A stretch of DNA of 64,000 bases, taken from contig MU006096.1 of assembly GCA_010093705.1 (NCBI GenBank), forward strand, positions 642,004 through 706,003, given 5' to 3'. Position 1 is the stretch's first letter; each line of letters begins with the position of its first letter. The translations under genes were made by a program, and so were the position numbers. Origin of the DNA: Patellaria atrata CBS 101060. Taxonomy: Eukaryota. This document shows, piece after piece, positions 13,072 through 24,696 of the stretch. A model generated the notes under the pieces. It worked only from the letters and a program-made list of their open reading frames with translations. It was not told the origin of the DNA and did no database searches.

Positions 13072-14295
13072 ATGGCTCCCTCAACATCGAAGCAATGGGT
13101 CGTTGCAGGCAAGGATGGATTCGATTCTTTGAAATTCGAGGAAAAGGAGATTCCCAAGCTGGGAGACAAGGATGTATTAGTAAAGTGTGCGTCCTCATTT
13201 GCCTTCATTTTGCGTTTCTTATACAGTACACATAAAATTGACATTTCATAGTTCACGCTACATCCCTGAATTACCGTGATCTCGTCATTCCAAAGGTTGG
13301 GCTTTTCCCTTAAGATTTTATCACCTAAAGCCCACTAAGGTTAACCAACTGCAGGGCAAATATCCTTTCCCGCTCAACGACAATATAGTCCCGGGATCCG
13401 ATGGCGCTGGTACCGTTGAAGCGGTCGGCATCAATGTCAGCCGCTTCCAACCCGGCGACCGTGTCGTAACTCTATTCAATCAGGGCCACCAAGCTGGCAG
13501 CTTAGATATGAACTCTATATCGACCGGGCTTGGCGGCACATTGCACGGAACCCTCCGCACCTATGGGACCTTTGATGAGACTGGTCTAGTCAAGGCTCCC
13601 AGTAATCTTAATTGGTTAGAAGCCAGCACTCTCAGCTGCGCGGCCTTGACAGCATGGAACGCGCTTTACGGATTAGAGAGTCGAGCGCTCAGGCAAGGAG
13701 ATTGGGTCTTAACACAGGGCACGGGTGGTGTTAGTGTATTTGCTTTGCAGGCGAGTAGTCTCCTTTCGACCTCTTTATCTTTTCCTGCAGTTTCATAGCT
13801 AACCTCCCACAGTTCGCTAAATCCGCTGGTGCAAGAGTGATCGCAACAACTTCCTCCGACGACAAAGCCAATAAACTCAAAGAGCTCGGTGCTGACCACG
13901 TGATAAACTACAATGAGGACGCCAACTGGGGCGAGACTGCCAAAAAGCTCACCGGCGGCATCGGCGTACAGCATATTCCCGAAGTTGGTGGTCCGGCAAC
14001 CCTCAAGCAGTCCCTCAAAGCTATTGCCATCGACGGTGTGATCAGCGTCATCGGCTTCGTGGGTGGCGGGAAGGATTCACCCTCTTTCCTCGAGGTACTT
14101 AATAGTCTTTGCACGGTGCGTGGTCTCCTTGTCGGAAGTAGGTTGCAGTTCGAGGATATGAACCGTGCGATTGAGGCGAATAACATCAAACCCGTGGTTG
14201 ATGAGAAGGTGTTCAAGCTGGAGGAGGCGAAGGAGGCGTATCAGTATATGTGGGATCGGAAGCACTTTGGGAAGCTGGTCATTCAGATCGAGTAG
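13072..14295 (+). CDS. Zn-ADH-like medium-chain dehydrogenase/reductase
   Basis: Four exons. Motifs SLNYRD, PGSDGAG, CAALTAWNAL, QGTGGVS, HFGKLVI. Third intron 13751-13812 is GC-AG. Confidence 0.92.
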
Positions 14296-15018
14296 GTAGC
14301 CAGTATGTCGAAGGAGACAAAGGAGATGAGCACTTGCTGAGCTCAGATAGATCATCCTTGACAGATGATAATACACGGACGTATACGACTCCCATATTAG
14401 CGAGAATTTGAGCTCTGCTAACCATTGACCTCATGGGTCTATTTTCGTTGGGATTCCCTTTTGGCTGTGACTGATATTTGCGATATATGATGTCTTGTCA
14501 CTGTTCTCCCTATTCAATTTCATTGTCCACCACTTATCTATATTGATACAAAGACACTTTCCATCACTTTCCCGTTCCTTCCCTTTGGAAAGGATTTTAA
14601 CCTGTTATACTATTTACTTACCAACCAAAAAACCTCTCAAATCAATTCAAAAAGTATCTCCCACCGAGAGCTTAGCCCAAGTCAATACTACCACTCCACG
14701 ATACCGTTTGCACAACTTCTACACGCGACGGCAAGGAAACTCTGGATAGTGAACTTTAATAATATATCCCGTCTATGTCTATATGGTGGTAGGCAGCTTA
14801 GATTTCTAAAATAATCACTTCTGGAAGCGGAACCAAGGATACGCTTTATGCTATCTCTGTCCTTACTACTTTCCATCCCGCTTTGTTGCAGTGTAACTTA
14901 TTCCATCAGATCCCTTCTCCTCAGTATCATTGCCGTTAAGTGTTTTACATGGATAGTATCTAAACGGTTTGAGGTTTGATGCTATCTTAAATCATTCCAG
15001 CTTCATGATTCCGCAACC

Positions 15019-16603
15019 CTAACACCCCAGATACTTCTGCTCGACCCACCTCTCCTCATAATCATCCACAAGCCTGCAAACCACAACCATGATATCTGGA
15101 AACACGCTCAGTAATCTGTTCACCCCCTTCCTACCTGCCAAATACGCCACAAACACAATTCTCTCCTCATCGACACCATGGTCGACCAACACCCGCACCG
15201 CCATCAGCGCTGCCGCTCCGGACGTCATCTGGCTATCCAGCAGCAACACCCTCGCGTCAGCGGGCAGGTTCGGGGCTAAGCGGAGATAATGCAACTCGGG
15301 CTCCCCGGTGGTCCGATGCGTCTGTATCAACACGCGGCCGATGCGGCAATCGGGGATGACGCGCTTCAGCCCGATCTCGAGGACGGAGCCGCCGCGGAGG
15401 ATGGTTACGGCACTCACCTCACCGGTCTGCTTCAAGCCTATGTAGTGATTGTTCTGGGCGGTTAGGATCTGTGTCGGCTTGAACTCCATGCACGCGATGG
15501 CGCGCTCGACGAGGAGGGCGGTGAGACGGTCGAAGTAAAATATGAAGTCTTCCCGGGGCAGGGACGGGTCGAGGAGGAGGGTGTTCATGCCGACTATTTG
15601 GCGCGTCTGCGGGAGTTCGATGAGGTTGGGAGATGGAGGGGCGGCTTCGGCCACCCGGCCCAGACGCTTCAGCTCTACTTGGTGCAGGCGGGATTTGAGT
15701 TTGAGGATCTTGCGGATGCGATCGGCGACCATGCCGATGGCGACGGTGTTTTCGATCCCTCGTGGGATGATGATGTCCGCGATGTTGCGTTGCGGTTCGA
15801 CGTATCTGTGGAAGTTCGGCTTCACGAAGGAGAACCATTGTTTGATGCAGCCGCCTATGTCTCGACCCCTATCTTTGACGTCGCGGAGCACTTTTGAGCT
15901 GTGTTAGCCTTTTTGGTGGTAAAATGATTAAGTTTGATAACGTACATCTTCGAGATAGACATAGATCGGCGTCTGCTTCTGCAAAAATCTATCTTTCGTC
16001 AGTTACGGTTTGAATGGTCCCTGGGTTCTTTACGTAGGGCAGACCTTCAAATCAAGTAAATCCAAAACGCGCTGGTCATGCAATGCAAAGATGCCTTCTA
16101 ATATCAATACATGGGGAGAATAAATCGTATGCACTTCTGTTACACGCTGATGCTTTTCAAAGGAGTAAATCGGTAAATCGGCTTTCTTCCTATACTGGAT
16201 TAATACGTCACGCGAGCAGTAAATCTGGTTTTAACAGGGGCCGCACCCTTCTTTAATAGCTCGTAACTTTTCAACTAATAGATCAAAATCAATGGCTGCT
16301 GGGGCGTCAAAGTCGAATTCACAATTGAATGCCTTTTTCGACTGTTCGGGTGTCAGGGGATTGTAGAAAGAATCCTTATGTGTATGATTAGAACTCGTTA
16401 ACAGTTATACGAAGTAGTGATACTAGGCATACCATGGACATGATGACAACCCATGGTAAATTCATAGAAGCTACAATTGCTAGAGCTAAGGATGTCTTCC
16501 CCGATCCTGAACTTCCAGCTATTCCAATAATACTCGTATTAAACCATGGCGGCGAGTAATGAGCCTTTTGTTGGCTTTTCTGATCGTCCGTTGCTTCCTC
16601 CAT
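15019..16603 (-). CDS. URK1: Uridine kinase with C-terminal UPRTase-like domain
   Basis: P-loop IGIAGSSGSGKTS, DSFY, ILEGIF, VKPNF...VEPQR..ADIIIPRG, followed by a PRTase domain (ILRGG, LLLDSQMTSGAAA). Four introns. Confidence 0.92.
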
Positions 16604-17021
16604 GGCCGCAACTCGACGGGAGAGATTCTTAGGGTAGAAGATATTGTATGTTCAGGGCATACTGTGTATAGAGAAACTTATAAAACACTGGAAACACCCC
16701 CCCTCCTCTTTCGTCGACGTAAGAGATATTGAAAAGTGTTGTAGTAAAGGTAAGGTAAGCATCTCCTCTAATCTCGAATACTAAGCCGAGGAAGTTCTAG
16801 TTCGATGAAGCGCACGTGAATTAAACCATCATTGGTCAAAATGGGAACAGAGCTCTCGCTTCTAACTGCAAGCTTTTCTTTACCTTCAACCTCATTCATA
16901 GCGAGAACTTCTTTCTTTTCTACAACTTTTTGAAACTGCGTAGGGTGCTCTTCGTCGGAGCCTCGTAGTACCCTTGACCTTTAGCAGATGGATGTCCGCT
17001 GAATGATCAAAGTAGCCCGCT

Positions 17022-18286
17022 ATGGTAGCTGAGCGTTGTGCATCCTACTCAAAGATGTCTGCTCACCATCTTTCAGAGCTCTTCTACAGCCTCCGTCGGC
17101 TTGGGTACGTCCACACGACATGTCTTCGAGCGACGGGTTGAGGAGATCAAACCTTCCAAGACGTACGTTCCCGCTCCTTCCTTTTTTCCAGTAGTTCGGT
17201 CGAAGCACATGATGCGACAAACGACAAGTTGGGAATCTCTCCGACAACATCAATGAGGAGACTATGTTAACTTGATTTCTGACCTTCAACCTCTTATTCT
17301 ACTGGATACGGAAACCTTCAGCTACCATGGCTGCACTCCTGTATGGAGATGATTGGCTGACGAAAAAGTTCAACAGTGATATTAATTCTGTCATCATGGA
17401 TTATCTCATCACCGAAGGCTACCCGCATGCAGCAAAGACATTCGCTATGGAGTCAAATATCCAAAACTATGGAGATAGAGATTCGATAGAGCAAAGAGTA
17501 GCCATTCGAAAGGCCATCCACGCCGGCGACATTCAATCTGCCATCGAAAAGATAAACGATCTAAACCCTCAGGTAAGACGCATGTATACTTCTCTAGATT
17601 CATCTTTATCCCACTCTTTGCTATGATTATACACCGTTTCATGCACCACTCATAGCCACTGCTTTGATGATAGAAAAACACCAACTTCAGTCCTCAGTAT
17701 GAGCAATACAACCACTCCAACAATTTCGTCTCTTATGCTACTTGTTACCTTTCAGCTAACCCGATGGAACGCTTAGATCCTAGACCACGACTCATCTTTA
17801 CATTTTGCTCTCCTCCGCCTCCAACTCATCGAACTCATCCGTACTTGCACCTCAACGCCTAACGGCGACATCACACCAGCCCTGACATTCGCAACCACAC
17901 AACTGGCCCCCCGAGCTCCCACAAACGACACCTTCCTCGCCGACCTAGAAAAAACAATGGCACTACTCATCTTCCCCCGCGAAAACCTCAGTCCCCCTCT
18001 CGCCGGTCTTCTCGATTCAAGTCTTCGGCAACAAGTCGCAACGAGGGTTAACGAAGCCATCCTACTAAGCCAAGGCAAAGACAGAGAGGCCAAGATAAAA
18101 GGCCTGATAAAACTGCGAGTGTGGTCGGAGCAGAAAGCGAGGGATAACGGGGTCAAAGATCTACCCAGTCGCCTGCCGTTGGGTTTGGATGATGAGGTGG
18201 GCATGGAAGCGAGCGAGGAAGAAGAGGAGGAGGAAGATGAAGATGAGACTATGAATGGAGGTGCGGATGATCCTATGGTTCCGTAG
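17022..18286 (+). CDS. GID8: LisH/CTLH/CRA protein, GID/CTLH complex subunit Gid8 (TWA1)
   Basis: LisH DINSVIMDYLITEGYPHAAKTF, CTLH AIHAGDIQSAIEKIND, then LHFALLRLQLIE and LEKTMALL. Introns 17163-17376 and 17573-17776. The ATG micro-exon at 17022 is tentative. Confidence 0.85.
17204..17287 (+). ncRNA. Intronic box C/D snoRNA (SNORD79/U79-like guide for LSU rRNA)
   Basis: C box ATGATG 17209, D' CCGA 17241, C' ATGAGGA 17253, D CTGA 17279. Flanking stem GGTCGAAG/CTTCAACC. Guide TGGGAATCTC is antisense to the conserved LSU sequence GAGAUUCCCA. Confidence 0.8.
17618..17706 (+). ncRNA. Intronic box C/D snoRNA (snR40/U32-like guide for SSU rRNA)
   Basis: Terminal stem TTGC/GCAA, C box ATGATTA 17623, C' TGATGA 17665, degenerate D ATGA 17699. 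Guide CATGCACCAC is antisense to the conserved SSU sequence GUGGUGCAUG. Confidence 0.72.
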
Positions 18287-19361
18287 TGGGGAGATTATGG
18301 ATGAGTGATGATTGTATGATGCATTCATGGGCGTATTGGAGTACTGGAAGGACGGCGGACGGGTGGGGTTTGAGATATTGCTCAGGATTCACTTATCGAT
18401 ATACTAATGGGATTTCCTCCAATTGATACCTCCGTGTCTGTTGAGTGAACTACGCTTCGACCTCATACCAAAAGTTCATCATCCCCTCGTCTCGATCCAT
18501 GTACCTTGGTCTGCTTCACGACCCTCGCAGGCGCGGTAGATGAACTCCGTGACAATCGATGCTATTCGGTTACGCTTACTAGCACGTCTTTCGCCCCATG
18601 ATACGATCCTATGTCAACGTACGTCCAGCGCGTTGGAGCAATCGAGCGCCGGTTGTACAGTGCAGTACGATACAGCTAACCCCTCTAAAAAAAAATAAAA
18701 AAAAAAAATCGCAGGAATCCGAAATTATCTGCATTTATCGTATAGTGCAGTACAGTACACTCTGCACTCAGCGCTCCGCACAACAGAAAGAGAGAAGCAT
18801 GGGATTAGCCTAGTATTATACTATACTCTCCTACCTCTACTTAGCCAGTTTAATTCGCATACCCTCACCCCCGAATTGACGTCGCGTCTACATCACGAAC
18901 CACGATCTCGATATGGCCTCAGAATCCCGTGATCCGTGATACGTTGTAAAGGTTATAGGTGTCTACCTATCACCTTTCACTCCTGTCAGGAACCTGAGAT
19001 ACCGTCATTGCCCATTGCGTTCACGTCCCCTTCACCTCGTCAGATGGGTGTACTGGTGCGATAGCAAGGGTTCGTTGTTGTTTGCTGATATCTTGTACAA
19101 TCCAATCCAATACAATTCGTTTTTGCTTTTGCGCTGTCGATGTGATTCTTCCGTCTTTCCATCATCCCGATCACGGTTGCTGTGCGACGTATATCTCTTC
19201 TTTAATCAGCCATGTAATGCATGACAGTGTTTCCCAAATCGCTTTTAAGGGTCTTCCGGCTCTCTGGCAGTATCCTAGCTCTGTAACCCCTCCACGAGTT
19301 CCCTCCTCGAGGAGATACACGACCATCTTCTCGTTTCGAAGATCACTTCCAAACGTCCCCG

Positions 19362-21155
19362 TTACTCGATAACATACGGCCCCGCGCCCTCTCCGAACAG
19401 CAAATGCGGCTTCCGCTGAGCCAGATCCAAAATCGTCTGCGCGAACACTGAATTGGCCCACGCGAACCAACTCCCTATGCAATCATCAGTAATACTCCAC
19501 AAACACCCCCCTCTCCTCGAACTCACTTGTATAATCCCTGATAACATCGACATTGATACTCTCATGCACAAGCCCAAGTCTGCAACTCTTCTTCACCAGC
19601 CCCACCAACCTCACAATCTCCTCGTCCTCCTCGCTCGTCATAGCCTGCACGAGGAGACTCATAGGCCACGCGTTCTGCGGTCCGATATGTGGGCCCCCTA
19701 TCCCCTCGAACATGCGGCCGGAGAGGAAATACGGATTCCCCCGTTTCGCGAGCAGCATCTTGCGCGTGTTCTGATACGTCGTATCTGCACGATCAACGAA
19801 GCCTAGGAGGGGTAAAGCGAGCAGAGAGGGTAGATTCGCATCGTCCATTATGATGTGGGAGCCGTAACCGTCGACCTCGTACGCGAAGACGTGGCCGTAT
19901 TTCTTGTGTGTCACGACGCCGTGTTCCCAGACCCCTGCTTCGATCCTCTCGGAGCGCGCCTGTAGGTCTTTGGCGATTTTTGTCTTTCCTGCTTCGTTTA
20001 GGATGGCTGCGGTGCGTTTGAGTTCTACGGCCATCATGGCGTTAGCGGGGATGAAGAAGCCTAGGGTCGTGGCATCGTCGCTGGGGCGGAAAGCACTGCG
20101 GATGAGGCCCGTGCCGCTGTTCAGGGGGTTGCCGATACCGCCGAGGTTCAAGGTCTCGGTGCCTGTGGTGGTGTGGCGCTGGAAGCGGTATTCGTTGAGG
20201 TCGAATTCGCCGGTTTCGGGACGGAATGTTGGTTTTGATTGTTGGTCGAGGACGTTGAGAAGGGTGGAGAGCGCTTCGTACCAGCGCGGGGTCAGGAATG
20301 CGGTAGATTTGGTATGGTCGTAAAACTGGTTTGCGAGGGAGAGGAAGTGGGCGAGGGAGTCGAGCTCGTATTTGCACTCGAACACGAAGGAGGGTGAGTA
20401 GTATGGGTGGACGTCATCATCCATACCATTATCGGAGGGATCTAGCCTGCTAGGAGGTGGTGGCTGGAAAGCATTGCAGTACGGAGACCCAATGACGAAC
20501 TCTGCTTGGGTGTTGATGGCTCCTAATATAAGCTCCTCGATCGCCTTGTCCTTCTTCGCTAGTTTCTGGTACTGGGCCAATTGGTTCGTCGAGTCTCTGA
20601 GCCATTCCGCGTTGATGTCTCCGGTGACTATGAAGGACTGCGGTCCCTCCCATGCTCCATCCTCGGTCTTGCTCTTCTTTGCCTTTTTCTTACGTTCTTT
20701 TGCATCCGTAACATTACTATGCCATCGCACGGTGGTATCTAAGGTATTAGGGAAGGCATTCTCAAAAATTCGAGCTAGGTCTTTATCTTTCATGCGTGAA
20801 GTAATATCTTCTATAACTTTTTCCACCAAGGGGGACTCGAACGTCCGACAGTACCGTGATGGCCGCTGAAAAGGTAACTCCATAGGACCTTCGCTATACG
20901 GGGAGCTGTATGTAGAACAGTTGAATTAGAGACTGTACTAATGTGTAGACCGTCATGAGAATAGTAGACATACTGTGAAAACTCCGAATAGGTTTTGTAA
21001 TCTGGACATGCCGTCCTGTACCGTGCTCTATCAAGCGGTTGTTGATTACTGCTGCCACGTCCTAGGGTATCAGTATTGGAAGCTGAGATTTGTGGAATGT
21101 ACAGCGTGGCCACGCTGAGCAGCCCAATTAAGGCTTCTGGGAGTGAGTTGAACAT
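19362..21155 (-). CDS. Secreted glycoside hydrolase family 125 (DUF1237, Mug157-like exo-alpha-1,6-mannosidase)
   Basis: Signal peptide. Motifs FENAFPNTLDTTV, TGDINAEWLRDS, ECKYELDSL, SAFRPSDD, MDDANLPSLL, SWFAWANS. Introns 20973-20906 and 19526-19475. Confidence 0.92.
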
Positions 21156-21821
21156 CGATATTATTCGAGGTCTATAAGCTCTGAGTTCATTCAATGCTCT
21201 CGGACCTGGATTTCAAGACGAAGTAATCCGAATAGAAGAAATCAATGGGGTAGACGAGAGGTTTATGCGGATCTTATAATACGATTTAATTGTACGGTAA
21301 ATGAGGGAGTAGAGAAGTCATATGGTTCTATCACAGGAATTCGATGTATGTACAGTAGCGGCGGGGAGCATGCCAATCGCCAAACATCGCGTGGCTTCTT
21401 CCTCCCCTGCATCCCTCTACATACTATAACAACCTCAGAAGCAGGTACCAAGCCGTCGATCGCAGAGTACCACATATCTGGGGTATATTAGTAGTATCGG
21501 GGGAATTATACCAAGTTTCAATTCGAGAATCTGTTTCCAGTCGTCTCCGTGTGGAGAACTGTCATTTCACTACATGTCCTTGCTGATATTCGCAATCCAG
21601 AATCTACCGAACGGTAAGAGAGCATTTGATCCTTATATTGACCTATTCACAACAGTCCGGGAACGCAGGTCATGGTATATTCACCTTCCAGATGAAAAAC
21701 GCTCTGCTCTCTAAGGCTATGGCACAATCTTCTCTCACGTATCTCCAGCACGATATCTTTATTCTGCATCCATCCTTTTCCGAAATCATCAGTATTATAA
21801 AGAATCTGCAATACTATCTAC

Positions 21822-22602
21822 CTAGTTCAACTCCCTCGTCTCCACCCAACTCCGCGGTGCCCGATCATCGCACAATCCCACAGGACAAGGATAGTTACCA
21901 CAGCGATACGTCTGATCCACAACCCCCGAACTCTCCTTCCAATACGCCGTCCCCCAAAACCTGAAAGCCGCAGAAACCCGCGCGCACTTCATGTCAACAG
22001 CTTTCCCAAACGTCTTCGCGAACCAGAATTCAAGCCGCTTCGCACTCTTTATCGTGTCGAACCGGGGCCTTGGCGCAGGTGCGGTTCCCCAATGCGGCCA
22101 TTTGCCCGTCGGCGAAAGGATCGTCAGAAAGCTGGGGAACGAAATCTGTTTGCTCTTGCGGATCCTGACGGTTTTGAAAGACAGGAAGGCGACGGCAAGG
22201 AGGAAGAGACCGCCGGGGACGAGGAGACCGATCAGCAGTGCGTTTCTTAACTTGTACTTGTTGTTTTTCGACGATACCGCGTCTACGCTAACTATGAGCT
22301 TTGCACGGAGTCTAGTGAGAGGAGTAATTGCAAACCTTCTGTTGTGGGGATTGGTTCTCCTTCTCCGTCGCTCGGAATGGGTAACACTGAAAATTCCTTA
22401 TGTCAGTCTCTTATATTGTTTGCGTGAGGTTATTGATCGCCTTTCACTCACGACTTGGAGCAACGTCTGGAGGCTGAATGACGATCCTTCGATCTGAGCT
22501 GGTATCAAACGTTCCGGTCAATATGATTGTGTCTGTAGATTTAGCAGAAATCTCCAGACAAATAGCTAGTAGAATGAAAAGAGTGAGAATAAACTTATTC
22601 AT
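21822..22602 (-). CDS. Hypothetical single-pass type I membrane protein
   Basis: Signal peptide MNKFILTLFILLAICLEISA. Two predicted introns (GTGAGT and GTTTGC donors) give an open frame with TM helix ALLIGLLVPGGLFLLAVAFLSF followed by basic KTVRIRKSK. Confidence 0.6.
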
Positions 22603-23090
22603 AGCAAATCGAGCTAGAAAAACCGATAGATATTCAAGAGAAATTTTACGCATTTTAGGAGTGCGTACTGTATGTTCTTTAACAATACCTCAAAATCTAC
22701 AAGGCTGGAGGATCATATAAAAGAGTCCAAAAACACTGCCTTGCACGTTTTGAAAGGCCCTGTTTCTTCAGCTTGCTTATAAGTGGCTTGCATAGCTCGT
22801 TTATAACGGATGTTGATTTGCTCATTCATAGTCTATTTTTCCCTCAGCACATTTCACTCACCCAAAACGAACATGTTATGAATTTGGACGAAGCCATTTT
22901 GCCTACCGATATTTAGTTTCTAATCTTAACAAGGCTTGATAGTAAGTATGTCTAGCACCATATCTCGAGACTGCGCATATCCCGTAAGGCTGTGGCAGCC
23001 TGCTCGAGTATAAATCCATGAGACAAGGAAAGATATAAGTATGCGCGAACCCGTAACTCATTCCATCATCCATACCGCTAAGACTTTGAA

Positions 23091-24100
23091 ATGGAGGTCT
23101 TATTGATCGTTCTGTCCATTTCTTTCCATCTCTGGTCCAGCCATGCCGTAAACAGTACGGACGACTGGATCCGAATAAATCGAACAGAGATCTGGCGTGA
23201 CTTAGACAGCTGTGCTCAAGAATGCGTCTTGACAGTAAACGATAAGGTGTGGGATGTTGAGCAAGGCAGATATTGCCGGAGCTACGGCTGTGTCTGTTCC
23301 GGGAGCACCCGAGGACCTAACTTTCAGAATGCGGAATCTAATGTGACAACTTGTGCTGAAGCTCAATGTAGCCGCGAGGAGGCTGTAGAGAGCGCGACAC
23401 AAACGCTTGGGGACCTGTGTCTGGTTCTTTCTTTAAACTCGACGCGGCAAGTCGCAGATAACGGTAATAAGGCAATATCGTGTATCCAACCAAGAACCAA
23501 TTTTCCCGTACTGATGGCTTTTCTATAGGGAGTATCATTAGAATCACCGCAGAGGGATATCCGAACATCACAGACTGTGCAAGATTCGTTCTAAACGGTT
23601 GTCTTAACGAGGATGGTATCCGTGACGAGCCTGACTGCAATCCCAGCAAAAGGACTCCCAGCTGGGAAGAATATAGGGGCGTTGCGGAGCAGCAAGATTG
23701 TACGACGCCCGAGTGCATCTGCCGCGGTCCGAACTTCGACGTCTCCTTCGGTGTTGCATATGATGCTGGAATTGAGTTCTGCGCCATGCGGCCGTCGACC
23801 AGAGCGCTACCCAATCCTCAAGTAGACGACATGATGAACGTTCTTGCGGAGTATTGTACGGGTCACGGGTATCCGCAACGTAATTATACGTACACGTATA
23901 CCGGCCAGCCACCTGGTTCAGAGACACCTAAGAGTAAGCAGTCTCTGCGAAATTGTGCGGCTCCTATATACTGACTTTTTGATACAGAAATGACGGTCGA
24001 GTCTAAGACGCAGCTCGGTTTAGCTGCCGCTGCACTGGTTGTGGCCCTCGTAGCATTGTGGATATCTTATAGGATGTTTAAATTGGCCAAGGAAGCATAA
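23091..24100 (+). CDS. Cell-surface protein with two 8-Cys (CFEM-like) domains and a C-terminal TM anchor
   Basis: Signal peptide. Domain 1 has CAQEC...C...CVC...C...C...C; domain 2 has 8 Cys including CTTPECIC. Introns 23464-23528 and ~23934-23987. Final exon encodes LGLAAAALVVALVALWISY. Confidence 0.75.
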
Positions 24101-24696
24101 AAGTATCTTGAAGGGAGGAATGAAGAAATCAGTTGAACGAGGGTATAACTCCGCATAGAACGCTTTTGACTATGTTATCTACGTTATCTATCCAAAAGTA
24201 TTTTAACCATAGAGAGGCCCCAAACCTGCTTAATGTGGAATTGGGTAGGGGAGGGGAGTAATGTGAGCCTCACAGGACAAAGATGGATATGGACGGGAGA
24301 TTAGTAGAGTTGAAATAAAATCTAAGGAACTGAAAGGTACTCCACTTACCCGTATGGTTATACTTGACTCATTTCGTCATTGACTCGAATAAGGAAGTCG
24401 AAGAAATTAAGTGAAATAAATCCATGCATTCTTTTGACCGATTGTTCTGACACACAATCGAAAACACAGTAATCAGATAGCTACCGCCGCAATGAATGAG
24501 CTACTGACGCAAGAGGTATCTAAACTATACACAATTGAATCAAAATTGAAAATACAAAGAGGGAGAATAGAAGAACCAGGTGATGTTTTGGGTATCACTC
24601 CTGCCTCCCTAACCGTGCAGGAAATAAGAAAAACCAATCCTAATCCCCAGTCGAAGGCGCTCGATTTTTTGGACGAACGCATCGAATCCAAGCAGA

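Noticed and set aside
18470..18960. Short inverted repeats, an A-tract, CTAACCC and a weak minus-strand B-box between GID8 and GH125
   Set aside because: Stems are 8 bp or less, there is no full telomerase template and no clear A-box. Not distinguishable from chance by eye.
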